A program made the position numbers and the translations under genes. DNA of 63,628 nt, counting the filler. It is 6 parts of 6 records of this genome, joined end to end, with 100 filler letters (N's around TTAATTAATTAA, not from the genome) between each part and the next. Parts side by side here need not be neighbours in the genome. Positions count along the whole stretch, not along the records: positions 1 to 18,351 come from SRR31156797_12307; 5 more parts are not named here. The stretch is one strand, 5' to 3'. Positions 1-10,374 of the stretch are shown here, piece after piece. Numbering within the stretch: the first letter of the stretch is position 1; each line of letters starts with the position of its first letter. The notes beneath the pieces were generated by a model. The model saw only the letters and a list, made by a program, of their open reading frames with translations. It was not told the origin of the DNA and ran no database searches.

Positions 1-166
1 ACTATTCAGCAGCACCCCACGGAGTCTGCGTTTACCTCTCGTACGATCGGGCAGGAAAACCAGCATTACCTTTAGTTATCCAACCTGTTTGTACGCATCT
101 GGAGCACTACTGAACAGTTGCAGATCGAGGTAAGGCGAGGATATTTGTTATTCGATGAATAGTTAC
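1..166 (+). repeat. ~165-bp intergenic repeat (MITE-like), copy 1, left end cut by the window
   Basis: Starts ACTATTCAGCAG, has an internal CTGAACAGTTGC and ends TGAATAGTTAC; alignable by eye to 6502-6665 (reverse strand) and 11255-11420. Confidence 0.85.
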
Positions 167-202
167 AAAAAAAGGAGCCCTGCTTTCCGCAAAAGGCTCC
201 TT
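167..202 (-). terminator. Rho-independent terminator
   Basis: Minus strand AAGGAGCC...GGCTCCTT followed by a T-run, just downstream of the 244..1263 gene. Confidence 0.7.
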
Positions 203-243
203 AACATTGTACAGATGAACAGAAAAATGGTGAGTAGGCTGTA

Positions 244-1263
244 TCACCTGTCTTGACGAAATACTATATTTCTGTCAACAGTTGCAGCTGAAGCACTGCC
301 CGTCAGGACCATGGCCTGCTTTAATTCCATCAGCAGGGTATCCAAATAGGTTTCAACCCCTTCCTGAAGTCCTCCAACAGCGGCAATGGAAAATGGTCGT
401 CCTACCATCACCGCATCAGCACCAAGTGCAAGCAGTTTCAGTACATCAGCACCGGAACGAACCCCACCATCGGCAAAAATGGTGACTTTCCCTTTTACCT
501 TGTCAGCAATGGCCTCAAGTACATCAGCCGATCCAGGCGTATAGTCCAGCACCCTTCCGCCATGATTGGAAACGACAATTGCATCGGCTCCGGCACTGAC
601 AGCCAGCTCAGCCTCATCTGGAGTCATAACACCCTTGAGGATAAATTTCATACCGATGCGACTGATCATGTCAGTCAATTTTCCCAAAGGCTTCGGCGAA
701 ACAGGTCTTCCCATCTTACGCAAAGTTATCAGACCGGCAGCGTCAATATCCATGCCAATGATGTCGGTACCGGTGGCCTTTGCCAATTCAAGCTTTTGGT
801 AAAACTCCTCATCTTCCCACGGTTTAATAAAGGGAATTCCATGCCCTTCTGCCTGCTCGATAGCAGCATACCCTGCCTGATAAATAAATTCAGGAACCCC
901 ATCACCAACGCAGCCAATGGTCCCCTTTGCTTTACAGCCATTGACAATCGCCAAGGCGTAATCCTCCTCCGAGACACCTCCTCCCATATTAAAAGAAACG
1001 CCTCCAATGGGTGCGGCAAAAACCGGCAGGGCGAGTTTTTTACCCAAGACCGACACACTCGTATCTGGCTCGACTACATCATGGATAAGGCGCATGTTAA
1101 AACAAATCTTTTTCAAGGCCTTAACGTTGTTACTAAAAGAAGAACCACTTCCCAGTCCCCCCATTCCAGGCACCTGTCCGACACAGGCCTTGCCATTGCA
1201 GGTAGGACAGACCTTACAGAACGGAGCCATTAATTCTCTAGCTTTGTCACGAATTTCCTTCAT
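244..1263 (-). CDS. FMN-dependent alpha-hydroxy-acid oxidase/dehydrogenase family protein
   Basis: SNHGGR, DGGVRSGADV and GRPF motifs; N-terminal CxxCxxCxxxxC. Confidence 0.92.
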   Translation of the reverse strand: MKEIRDKARELMAPFCKVCPTCNGKACVGQVPGMGGLGSGSSFSNNVKALKKICFNMRLIHDVVEPDTSVSVLGKKLALPVFAAPIGGVSFNMGGGVSEEDYALAIVNGCKAKGTIGCVGDGVPEFIYQAGYAAIEQAEGHGIPFIKPWEDEEFYQKLELAKATGTDIIGMDIDAAGLITLRKMGRPVSPKPLGKLTDMISRIGMKFILKGVMTPDEAELAVSAGADAIVVSNHGGRVLDYTPGSADVLEAIADKVKGKVTIFADGGVRSGADVLKLLALGADAVMVGRPFSIAAVGGLQEGVETYLDTLLMELKQAMVLTGSASAATVDRNIVFRQDR

Positions 1264-1398
1264 TATTTTTCATCTCCCACAAAGTGCTCAATGGTCAGTA
1301 GTACAAAATATTTGCAGAGCCAGAATAAGAATTCCCACCTGAATTTGTCAATCTCTTTCGCATGTGCGACTTTCAGACGCCACTGCACATAACCTGAA

Positions 1399-2016
1399 TT
1401 AATCCAGTAAATAGTCGATAGCTTCCTCGTCAGTAAGCCCGTCTTCACTGGATTGGATACAGTTTCTATCGTCACCAAAATACCACAAACGATGATCTTC
1501 AACATTTTCACCGTCAACAAGGGATGGTTTGTTGGTATAGTTTGCCTTCAGCCCCTGTTCTCTTGCAAGTATTCTGATTCTTGAATTCGCTATTTTAGCT
1601 TTCCGCCTGTACTCTGAAAAAGGTTCGCCAGGATGCAAAATTTCGTCAATCATGCCCAGGTAGAAAAAATTTTTCTGAACGGCTACTATCCGTTCATCCT
1701 GGCTGAAGAAAAATTCCACAGCCTCTTCTCTTAAAATATCAGCTTTCACCCCATCATGGTATGTGGTATCGCAATAAACAGCCATCCACTCTCTGGCGCA
1801 GACTCTGCATTTTTCAAATTCTTTATTTGCAGCATCTTTGGCAGGACCAGGCATTTTACTGGTGACCCTTGCAACATACTCATCAAACTCGATTTTCATT
1901 TTTTTCAACTCTTCAGTATCTTTTGCCAAGATACTCGCGGCCATCTCGTTTATCTTTTCAAAAAGTGCGTTTACCGCTGTTACGTCCATAGAGCTTCCTA
2001 ATACTTGTAGTGACAT
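1399..2016 (-). CDS. hypothetical protein
   Basis: 205-aa ORF co-oriented with its neighbours; no recognisable motif. Confidence 0.65.
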   Translation of the reverse strand: MSLQVLGSSMDVTAVNALFEKINEMAASILAKDTEELKKMKIEFDEYVARVTSKMPGPAKDAANKEFEKCRVCAREWMAVYCDTTYHDGVKADILREEAVEFFFSQDERIVAVQKNFFYLGMIDEILHPGEPFSEYRRKAKIANSRIRILAREQGLKANYTNKPSLVDGENVEDHRLWYFGDDRNCIQSSEDGLTDEEAIDYLLD

Positions 2017-2075
2017 GACGCCATTTTAAGCATAAAAACACCACCATTCTCCTTATGCTTTCATTACAAAAGACT

Positions 2076-2978
2076 TTAGACTCGATTGTCAACATTACCT
2101 CTCAGTGGTCGATAGACAAGAGCCTTGATAGTAAAATCCTGAAGCGGGATATCGCCTTTCCATTGGGGTAACCTGCTGTCAGGCCCCTTGATCTGCACAA
2201 GCGGTTTTTCACGTTCCGCAAGCCCATTAATTATAGCCCAGAGGGTTATGTCTCCCCAGTATTGCGGCGGTGTATCTGCAGCAGCCACAGCTTTAAATAT
2301 CTCACCTGGTTTTTCACGCCCATCGATGATCGCCTCAAGGGCAAGCGTTTCGAGCCGACCAAGGCCGGTGTGGGGATCAGGCTGTTCCTGTAATAACCGG
2401 CCTGCAGCCACGGTAATCCAGGGCAAAGGCAAATCTGCTGAATGCGACAATTCTTTTAACAGCACTTCATCCTGGGTTGCAAAAGCCTTGTCCGCTGCAA
2501 CCCCACACTGAAACTGCAACTCTGTGACTTGACGACGATCACCATACAGAGAAGCCAACTGAGCGGGTTGTAATTGCCCCAGCCCGTGAAAGGGTATGAT
2601 TCCGGGAAACGAATCTACACAGATTAGCTGCACCTGCTGCACATTTCTGGCATGTAGGCACGTGAGTATATGGGAAAGCATCGATTGATCGAACAAACAC
2701 GCATCAAACCACAGGATGATATGATCATACATGCCAGCTTCAGCCAGTTTAACATACTGGTGCCGCAATGTTTCCAGAATGCACTGACGATCCATTCCGC
2801 CGCCGGTGAACTTTTCTAAAAATAACGAACGGGCAATAAGCGTATCATCATCTGGCCACCCTGGATTTCGGGGTCCATCGTAGAGGATATCGTGCCATAC
2901 AAACACCTCTCCGGGAAGTCCCGATTTAGCAAGGATTTCGCCTGCGCTATCGCCACTTGTGATGTGAAGAGTATACAT
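2076..2978 (-). CDS. DUF1835 domain-containing protein
   Basis: N-terminal LHITSGDSAG, WHDILYDGP and IILWFDxCLFDQ pattern. Confidence 0.75.
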   Translation of the reverse strand: MYTLHITSGDSAGEILAKSGLPGEVFVWHDILYDGPRNPGWPDDDTLIARSLFLEKFTGGGMDRQCILETLRHQYVKLAEAGMYDHIILWFDACLFDQSMLSHILTCLHARNVQQVQLICVDSFPGIIPFHGLGQLQPAQLASLYGDRRQVTELQFQCGVAADKAFATQDEVLLKELSHSADLPLPWITVAAGRLLQEQPDPHTGLGRLETLALEAIIDGREKPGEIFKAVAAADTPPQYWGDITLWAIINGLAEREKPLVQIKGPDSRLPQWKGDIPLQDFTIKALVYRPLRGNVDNRV

Positions 2979-3090
2979 AATCTCTGTTAAAAATTAAGTG
3001 AAAGCTACTGCTACCAGATCTAGAAATTGAGCGGTTAAGTGGATGGAAACTTGGAGGTCTTCCCACCAAGATATTTTTTAGAAGAGATTC

Positions 3091-3116
3091 TTACAACGGT
3101 TTCCCGTTGTAAAAAA
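3091..3116. other. intergenic hairpin downstream of ade
   Basis: TTACAACGG-TTTC-CCGTTGTAA perfect stem (GAAA loop on the minus strand). Confidence 0.5.
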
Positions 3117-3162
3117 GAAACCGTATGGGAGTGCATACCATCACAAAAGGTGAAAATGAAAG

Positions 3163-4791
3163 TTAGGCAAAAACACTCGTCAATTGAAACTGATCACCAT
3201 CAAATAATCCCTGGTCGCCAATTTTCAGGCTTGGAATAACCAATAAAGCCATAAACGATAAAGTCATAAATGGAGCTGACAATGTACAGCCCAAGGATTT
3301 TGTCTTTTGGTTAATAGAGTTATACAGCCGCGCAACTTCTTCGCCCTTTATGGCTGTCATCAACCCGGCGTACTCTAAAGGAAGCGTCGTACACATTCCT
3401 TCAACCGTGACGGTCATGCCTCCTCTGGCATAAATAATCTCATTGACGGCAGCAACAATATCCTGGTCATGTACACCCACCGCAATAATATTATGCGAGT
3501 CATGGGCAATGGATGCGGCAATAGCCCCTTTTTTCAGGTTAAATCCTTTTATAAAACCAACAACAGGTTGAGCGTTGTCATCGTATCGATTTAAAACCAC
3601 AATTTTTAAAATATCACGAGCAGCATCAGCCTCGACACAATTCCCTTCTACAGGCAGGTCAGCGGTAAAGGATTTGGTGAGTAACTCGCCATCAACCACC
3701 TCAATTACTTTCACCTTGCGCTCTTTATTTTCCAACCGAACTGACAAAGGAATGATTTTTGCCTTGCGGAAGGTATTAACAGGCACATTCCCGTGTTGGG
3801 AGAAGGTTGCTTTCCCCTTTTCATAAACAACCTGGCCATCAATATATGTTGCCAACACTTTAAATTTTTCAGGGTGGTCAATCACTATGAAATCTGCCTG
3901 ATCCCCAACTCGGAGTAAGCCGACATTTAACGTGTAATGGTCAACAGGATGTTGAGTACAACAGCGGAGCAGGTCGTATATACTGTGCCCTTTAGCCAAC
4001 CCCATTTTTATAATTTTATTGATATTCCCACGTTCCAACAACTCGTCAGGATGTGAGTCATCGGTACACAGCATTATCTTCTCATTATCTGTAGTAATGA
4101 GTGAATGCAAGGAATGAAAATTTCTGGCAGCTGATCCTTCACGAATGAGAATCCTCATTCCCTGGCGAATTTTTTCTTTTGCCTCGGCAAGCGTTACGCA
4201 TTCGTGGTCGGTAGATATACCACTCTGGACATATTTCTCTAAATCATCACCTTGTATACCAGGAATATGACCATCAATCGGCTTGCCATACTTCTTAGCG
4301 ATTGCCAATTTTGCCATAACCTCAAAATCATCATAAATCACTCCCGGAAAATTCATCACCTCGCCAAGGGCAACAACCTGTTCATGGCCGATAACCGGCT
4401 CTAAATCGGATGCCCGTAAACGAGCACCACTGCTTTCAAAGGCTGTTGCCGGTACGCAGGAAGGAGCGGTCCAATAAAATTTAAAAGGAACACGGTTCCC
4501 ATCTTCAATCATGAAATTGATACCGTCGATACCCAGCACATTAGCTATTTCATGTGGGTCTGATACAGTGGCGATACAGCCATGTTTGACTGCTTGACGG
4601 GCAAACTCGGATGGAATGAGCATAGAACTTTCAATATGCACATGGGCATCAATCAACCCAGGACATACATATCGATCATAGATTGTATCATTACGAGTGA
4701 TGCTTGTAATCCTTTGGTCCTCAATAACTATACTGGCACCATAGGTTTCACCCGTATGAATATCTATTAGATTTGCCTCTATTGTTTCCAC
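3163..4791 (-). CDS. ade: adenine deaminase
   Basis: PGLIDAHVHIESS, DPHEIANV, TDHE, REGSAA, CTDD and AHDSHNI motifs. Confidence 0.95.
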   Translation of the reverse strand: METIEANLIDIHTGETYGASIVIEDQRITSITRNDTIYDRYVCPGLIDAHVHIESSMLIPSEFARQAVKHGCIATVSDPHEIANVLGIDGINFMIEDGNRVPFKFYWTAPSCVPATAFESSGARLRASDLEPVIGHEQVVALGEVMNFPGVIYDDFEVMAKLAIAKKYGKPIDGHIPGIQGDDLEKYVQSGISTDHECVTLAEAKEKIRQGMRILIREGSAARNFHSLHSLITTDNEKIMLCTDDSHPDELLERGNINKIIKMGLAKGHSIYDLLRCCTQHPVDHYTLNVGLLRVGDQADFIVIDHPEKFKVLATYIDGQVVYEKGKATFSQHGNVPVNTFRKAKIIPLSVRLENKERKVKVIEVVDGELLTKSFTADLPVEGNCVEADAARDILKIVVLNRYDDNAQPVVGFIKGFNLKKGAIAASIAHDSHNIIAVGVHDQDIVAAVNEIIYARGGMTVTVEGMCTTLPLEYAGLMTAIKGEEVARLYNSINQKTKSLGCTLSAPFMTLSFMALLVIPSLKIGDQGLFDGDQFQLTSVFA

Positions 4792-4842
4792 AGAGAGTTC
4801 TCTACTCCTCTTTATTTGCGTACAAGATACGTGTGCAGCACC

Positions 4843-6459
4843 TTATGCAGCCGCCAAAATTCTTTTCTCAAGCAGACCATCCAGCCAGTCCGGATCCATT
4901 TTGGGAACAGATGAAAGGAGGAGGTCGGTGTACTCGTGATGAGGCGGTTTGAGAATCTCTTTCTTCGGCCCCTGTTCGATAATCCGACCATTGAGCATCA
5001 CCACAATTTCATCGGCAATGGCTTTAACCGTTGTCAAATCATGGGTGATAAACAAATAGGAAACCTGGAGTTCCCGTTGCAGATTGAGCAGTAACTTGAG
5101 GATGCCTTCTGCCACCAGCTGGTCCAGTGCTGAGGTGACTTCATCGCAGATAATCAGATCTGGCTCTGCAGCCAAGGCACGAGCGATGCAAATACGCTGT
5201 TTCTCTCCGCCGGAAAGCTCCGCTGGGTAACGATCAATATAATCAGCAGGCAGTTCAATCTGGTCCAGTAGCTCAAGGATACGTTTTTCCCGCTGCCGAC
5301 CATTCATTTTTAAATAAAACTGTAATGGTCGGCCGATAATTTTACGAATCGTATGGCGTGGATTAAGGGCTGTATCCGGCATCTGGTAAATCATCTGAAG
5401 GCGTTGCAGATCCTCACGATTACGGGGCTTAAGCTTAGGCGCCAACGGCCTGTCTTTAAAAACCACCGACCCTTTTGATTGCGGAAGCAGCCCGGTGATG
5501 ACCCGAGCAAGAGTCGATTTACCACTCCCAGATTCCCCTACCAGGGCTACGGTTTGCCCCTTGCGAATCTGCAGGTTTATATCAGACAATACCTCCTCCG
5601 CTCCCGTATAGCTGGCGCTCACGTCTTTAATATCAAGAATCACTTTGTTGCCGCTCTTGTCTTTATTCCCCTTGGTGCTGAAGGATCGGACACTGAGCAG
5701 TTCTCTGGTGTATTCTTCTTGAGGAGCAGCCAATATTTCCCGGGCAGCGTTTTCCTCTACCAACTGACCATCACGGAGCACCATAATCCTATCTGCCAAC
5801 TGGGCCACGACTGCAAGGTCATGGGTTATGTAAATGGCGGCAGTGTTATACTTGCGGGTAATATCCTTGATTGCTGCAAGCACTTCAATCTGTGTGGTTA
5901 CATCCAGGGCTGTGGTCGGTTCGTCAAAAACGATAATATCTGGTTGGCAACTCATCGCCATTGCCACCATGGCACGCTGCAGCTGCCCCCCTGAAACCTG
6001 ATGGGGAAATCGATAGCCTATATTTTCCGGATCTGGCAGCAGCAGTTGATCATAGATGGTCACTGCTTTTTCCTCTGCAGAGGAAAAATCCATCAGGTTA
6101 TGCTGCACAGGACCTTCGGCAAACTGGTTGATAAGCCTGTGGGCGGGATTAAAAGAAGCAGCTGCACTTTGCGCAACATAGGCAATACGGGCCCCACGGA
6201 TAGAACGCAGCAAATGCGCCGAACCATCAAAAAGCTCCTGACCATCAAAGACAATGGAACCTGAAGCTATGCGGCAACCCGGACGGGTGTAGGCCATGGA
6301 CGCTAAACCCAGCGTAGATTTTCCTGCACCGGATTCACCGATGAGACCAAGAACCTCTCCCTGTTTGAGCGTCAGGTCAATGCCTTTCACAATGGGCACC
6401 CACTGATCGCCAGTTTGTCCCTCAATAACTATATTTTTAATTTCAAGCAATTTCTTCAT
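4843..6459 (-). CDS. Opp/Dpp-type ABC transporter ATP-binding protein, two NBDs
   Basis: Two Walker A motifs (GESGAGKS, GESGSGKS), SGG signatures, DEPTTALD and DEVTSALD. Confidence 0.93.
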   Translation of the reverse strand: MKKLLEIKNIVIEGQTGDQWVPIVKGIDLTLKQGEVLGLIGESGAGKSTLGLASMAYTRPGCRIASGSIVFDGQELFDGSAHLLRSIRGARIAYVAQSAAASFNPAHRLINQFAEGPVQHNLMDFSSAEEKAVTIYDQLLLPDPENIGYRFPHQVSGGQLQRAMVAMAMSCQPDIIVFDEPTTALDVTTQIEVLAAIKDITRKYNTAAIYITHDLAVVAQLADRIMVLRDGQLVEENAAREILAAPQEEYTRELLSVRSFSTKGNKDKSGNKVILDIKDVSASYTGAEEVLSDINLQIRKGQTVALVGESGSGKSTLARVITGLLPQSKGSVVFKDRPLAPKLKPRNREDLQRLQMIYQMPDTALNPRHTIRKIIGRPLQFYLKMNGRQREKRILELLDQIELPADYIDRYPAELSGGEKQRICIARALAAEPDLIICDEVTSALDQLVAEGILKLLLNLQRELQVSYLFITHDLTTVKAIADEIVVMLNGRIIEQGPKKEILKPPHHEYTDLLLSSVPKMDPDWLDGLLEKRILAAA

Positions 6460-6501
6460 ATTGACCTTCAATGTGGCTTGTATGCCAAAATAACATTAGT
6501 C

Positions 6502-6665
6502 GTAACTATTCAGCGAATAACAAACAAATAACCTCGGTCTGTAACTGCTCAGCAGTGCTCCAGATGCCTACAAGCAGGTGGGATAACTGTAGTAATGCTC
6601 TGTTTTCCTGCCTGATCGGGCGCAAAGGTAAGCGCAGACTCCGTGTGGTGCTGTTGAACAGATGC
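6502..6665 (-). repeat. ~165-bp repeat, copy 2 (inverted, intercistronic in the ABC operon)
   Basis: Begins GTAACTATTCAGC with a second GTAACTGCTCAGCAG at 6541; reverse complement matches copy 1. Confidence 0.85.
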
Positions 6666-6667
6666 CA

Positions 6668-7495
6668 TTAATCTTTGAGTCCGCTGGCTAAATGAAGAGC
6701 CCAGTCGACTATCAGGTTAACGCCAACGGTTAAAAAGGCGATGGCTGCTGCAGGCCACAGCGGAGTAAAAATACCAAAGGTAATTGCACCAGCGTTTTCA
6801 CGTACCATTCCTCCCCAGTCTGCAGCGGGCGGCTGAATGCCCAGTCCCAAGAAGCTTAAGGCTGCGATAAACAGGAAGACAAAACAAAAGCGAAGCCCAA
6901 ATTCAGCGACCAGTGGCGGCATGGCATTGGGAAGAATTTCATGACGCATGATCCACCACAATTTTTCTCCCCTTAATCTGGCAGCTTCTACATATTCCAT
7001 CACTTCGATATCCATGGCCACAGCCCGTGACAACCTGAACACTCGTGTAGAGTCAAGCAAAGCGATAACAATTATCAAAGCAGGAATAGATGTCCCCACC
7101 ACAGACAGGACCATCAAAGCAAAAATAAGGGTTGGAAAGGCCATCAAGATGTCGATCATACGGCTGAGAAGCTGGTCTACCCAACCACCTATAGTAGCGG
7201 CAATAAACCCCAATGTAACGCCAAATACAAACGAGAGAAAAGTAATGAGAAAGGCGATGGCAATAGTATTGCGGGCACCATAAACTAGCCGTGAAAACAT
7301 GTCTCGGCCAAGACTGTCTGTTCCAAGGAAATGGGTCGAACTGCTGAAAAGCCAAACATCTCCGGCAATTTCCGTTTCTCCGAAAGGAGCAATCAACGGA
7401 GCAAAAACTGCTGCTATGAGCGTAATCAAGACCATGCCCATACCAATTTTAGCACTCCAGGGGGCTGTTCGCAGGTGAGAGAGTAACGTTATCAT
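6668..7495 (-). CDS. Opp-type ABC permease (OppC/DppC-like)
   Basis: LGTDSLGRD, EYVEAARLRGE and HEILPN; AGGAG RBS upstream of the ATG at 7495. Confidence 0.92.
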   Translation of the reverse strand: MITLLSHLRTAPWSAKIGMGMVLITLIAAVFAPLIAPFGETEIAGDVWLFSSSTHFLGTDSLGRDMFSRLVYGARNTIAIAFLITFLSFVFGVTLGFIAATIGGWVDQLLSRMIDILMAFPTLIFALMVLSVVGTSIPALIIVIALLDSTRVFRLSRAVAMDIEVMEYVEAARLRGEKLWWIMRHEILPNAMPPLVAEFGLRFCFVFLFIAALSFLGLGIQPPAADWGGMVRENAGAITFGIFTPLWPAAAIAFLTVGVNLIVDWALHLASGLKD

Positions 7496-7514
7496 TTGAA
7501 TACTGGTCTCCTGC

Positions 7515-8486
7515 CTATCGTGGATTACGAAGTCTTGGGTTACTGATAATAGAGAGTATATCGGCGAGCAGGTTGAGAAGGATATAGGTAGCGGCAAAGA
7601 TCAGCCCGCTTGCCTGGACCACTGGAATATCTCGCTTGGAAACCGAATCAACTAATAATTGACCAAGACCGGGATAAACGAAAACCACTTCAACGATTAC
7701 AACTCCCACAACCAAATAGGCAAGGTTCAGGGCAATGACATTTATGACAGGCGACAGTGCATTGGGAAAAGCATGGAGGACCACCACTCGCAATCTCTTA
7801 AGACCTTTAAGATTAGCCATCTCAATAAAGGGACTGGACAGTATATTAATGATCGCTGCACGCGTCTGGCGCATCATGTGCGCCACAACCACCAGGGTCA
7901 GGGTCAATGCCGGTAGAACTACGGCATTGAGTTTTGCTGCAAAACTCATTTGCTCATTAATATTGGCAATACTGGGGAACCAAGCCAGCTTAACGGAAAA
8001 AAGAGCAATAAGGATATACGCCATGAAAAATTCAGGAAAACTGATCATGCTCAACGACGTCATTGAGAGTACTTTGTCGAAAAAAGTATTTCTGTAAAGC
8101 GCTGCTGCAATCCCCATTAGCACAGCCACCGGCACTGCTATTAATGCGGCAATCGAGGCCAGAAAGATGGTGTTTTTAAAACGCCATCCCAAAAGATCGG
8201 CAATGGGGCGCCCATTGGCCAGAGAGGTTCCCAGATCTCCTTGAACAAAACCTCCCAGCCACGAAAAGTATCGTTGCACAGGCGGTTGATCCAAGTTCAA
8301 TTCCTGACGAAAAGCTTCCACAGTTTCCGCTGTGGCGCTCTGACCTAGAATAGCTTCAGCAAAATCACCAGGTAATGCCTCCACACCAATAAAAATGAGC
8401 AGAGAGATGATAAAAAGTGTTAGTAGACCAAAGCTGAGACGTTGGGCGACCAGAGCGGCTACTGAGTTTTGTTTCAGAAATTCCAT
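7515..8486 (-). CDS. Opp-type ABC permease (OppB/DppB-like)
   Basis: LPGD, GDLGTS, EVVFVYPGLG and RDIPVVQ motifs. Confidence 0.92.
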   Translation of the reverse strand: MEFLKQNSVAALVAQRLSFGLLTLFIISLLIFIGVEALPGDFAEAILGQSATAETVEAFRQELNLDQPPVQRYFSWLGGFVQGDLGTSLANGRPIADLLGWRFKNTIFLASIAALIAVPVAVLMGIAAALYRNTFFDKVLSMTSLSMISFPEFFMAYILIALFSVKLAWFPSIANINEQMSFAAKLNAVVLPALTLTLVVVAHMMRQTRAAIINILSSPFIEMANLKGLKRLRVVVLHAFPNALSPVINVIALNLAYLVVGVVIVEVVFVYPGLGQLLVDSVSKRDIPVVQASGLIFAATYILLNLLADILSIISNPRLRNPR

Positions 8487-8558
8487 GCGATGTGTTGAAA
8501 TCACCTTTGATAAACATTGAGGGATGAATCAGCCTGTCAAATACAGAGAAGGTACGGT

Positions 8559-8593
8559 TTCCCGCCAACACAAGAAGGGTTGGCGGGAAAAAA
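8559..8593 (-). other. intercistronic stem-loop after the SBP gene (mRNA stabiliser or attenuator)
   Basis: TTCCCGCCAAC...GTTGGCGGGAA inverted repeat. Confidence 0.6.
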
Positions 8594-8600
8594 CCTGCGG

Positions 8601-10193
8601 CTACCCTTTAAACCACCAGCGTTCAGGGGCCTGGCAGCCATCAAGCTCCCAGGAGGTACCCAGCTCATTGTGGCCTATCTTATCGGTTGCTGCTGAAAGA
8701 TCAGCACTGAACATAGGGACGATGACACCGCCGTCATCACTGACTATCTGCTGCATCTCTGCATACATGGTGCCCCGTTTTGTTTCGTCTGTCTCAGCAC
8801 GGGCGATCACCAGCAATTCATTGAACCGCTGGTTATCCCAATGAGAATCATTCCATGGAACCCCTTTGGCATAGGATGTGGAAAACATCATATCCGCTGT
8901 GGGACGGCCTCCCCAATACACTGCGCAAAATGGTTTTTTCAACCATACATTGCTCCAGTACCCATCATTGGGTTCTCTAACCACCTTAATGTTAACACCT
9001 GCCTTGCCAGCCTGTTCCTTGTACAGTACCCCGGCATCCACAGCCCCAACATAGGCAGAATCCGCCACGTGAAGAGGGAACTCGTGTTTTTCCAAACCAG
9101 CTTTTTTCAAGTGAAATCGGGCTTTATCCGGATCATATTGGCGCTGGGCTAAATCTTTAGCAAAATACGGGTTGGACGTACTGATAGGATGGTCATTACC
9201 AACGGTTCCGTAGCCCCTGAGAATGGTTTTCACCAACTGCTCCCTATCAATGCCGTACTTAAGAGCAAGCCTGGCATCGTTATTATTATAAGGTGCTACA
9301 TCGGTATGCATGGCAAAGGTGTAATGCTTATTGCCATTCTGCTGCATGATGTTAATACCGGGCATCCGTTTCATCAGATGAACAGTCTTGAGTTCACAGC
9401 GATTCATGGCATCTATCTGACCGGTCTTGAGCGCGTTGGTCCGTGCATTCACATCACTGATCCCCAACGCCTCGATTTCATCGAACCATCCTCGATCAGA
9501 TTTAAAATAATTGGGATTACGGGTTACAACACAGCGAACACCTGGCTCAAACTCCTTAGCAACATAGGCTCCGGTAAAAACACCATCTTTAAAATCAGTA
9601 TCTTTGGGTCCTATCACCAGATGGTAATCAGACAATACATAAGGAAAATCAGCATTACCGCTTTCAAGCTCAAAAATGATGGTGTGTGGGTCATCTTTTT
9701 TGATGGCAACAATAGAATCTACCAGGACTTTTGCACCAGACTTGGTACCTTCTGCGCGGTGATAATTGAGGGAATAGATAATATCATCGGCATCCATGGT
9801 TTTGCCGTTATGAAACTCCACGCCCTTTCTTAATTTGAAAACCCATTGCTTTGCACCTGGTGTTGCTTCCCAGCTCTCGGCCAGCTCAGGTACGGCTTTA
9901 TTATTGTGATCAATTTCCACCAAGTTATTGCCCAGGGCACCATAGACCATAACTCGCATCATGGTATCGGTTATCTGAGCCGGATCATAAACATCAGTGG
10001 TGGAGCCTCCGGAAAGTCCTAAACGCAGACGACCGCCTCTTTGCGGCTGAGAAGGTGCAGCCAATGACTGTTGAGCAAAAAAAGCCTGCGAACCAGCCAT
10101 GGCAACCCCGAGCATTGCAGCCCGTTCCATGAACTCTCGCCGTGACAGCTTGCCTTCTGAAAATAATTTTTTCAATTGTTCCAGATAGATCAT
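8601..10193 (-). CDS. family-5 ABC substrate-binding protein with Tat signal
   Basis: SRREFM twin-arginine motif; PELAESWE and LRKGVEFHNGK motifs. Confidence 0.92.
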   Translation of the reverse strand: MIYLEQLKKLFSEGKLSRREFMERAAMLGVAMAGSQAFFAQQSLAAPSQPQRGGRLRLGLSGGSTTDVYDPAQITDTMMRVMVYGALGNNLVEIDHNNKAVPELAESWEATPGAKQWVFKLRKGVEFHNGKTMDADDIIYSLNYHRAEGTKSGAKVLVDSIVAIKKDDPHTIIFELESGNADFPYVLSDYHLVIGPKDTDFKDGVFTGAYVAKEFEPGVRCVVTRNPNYFKSDRGWFDEIEALGISDVNARTNALKTGQIDAMNRCELKTVHLMKRMPGINIMQQNGNKHYTFAMHTDVAPYNNNDARLALKYGIDREQLVKTILRGYGTVGNDHPISTSNPYFAKDLAQRQYDPDKARFHLKKAGLEKHEFPLHVADSAYVGAVDAGVLYKEQAGKAGVNIKVVREPNDGYWSNVWLKKPFCAVYWGGRPTADMMFSTSYAKGVPWNDSHWDNQRFNELLVIARAETDETKRGTMYAEMQQIVSDDGGVIVPMFSADLSAATDKIGHNELGTSWELDGCQAPERWWFKG

Positions 10194-10374
10194 CCTTATC
10201 TCCGTTGTTATGAATTAATTACTCTGATCCGTTTTTTACTCTCATATGACGTAACTTGCGCTTTTCCCCTGCCCTTCCGTCTCCACACTCCTTTTACCCT
10301 TCGTTTTCCTCTATATCACTTGGGGACAGAACAACGGGCTTGTCTGGTTACTTTAACCATTGCAAATATTTATT

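Noticed and set aside
1-166. The ~165-bp repeat as integron attC sites or a CRISPR array
   Set aside because: The ends are GTAAC/GTTAC rather than RYYYAAC/GTTRRRY, the copies are kb apart in both orientations around housekeeping genes, and there is no integrase.
10250-10330. Purine-rich minus-strand tract with several GGA motifs as a CsrA-binding RNA
   Set aside because: The GGA motifs are not in clear hairpin loops; the evidence is too weak.
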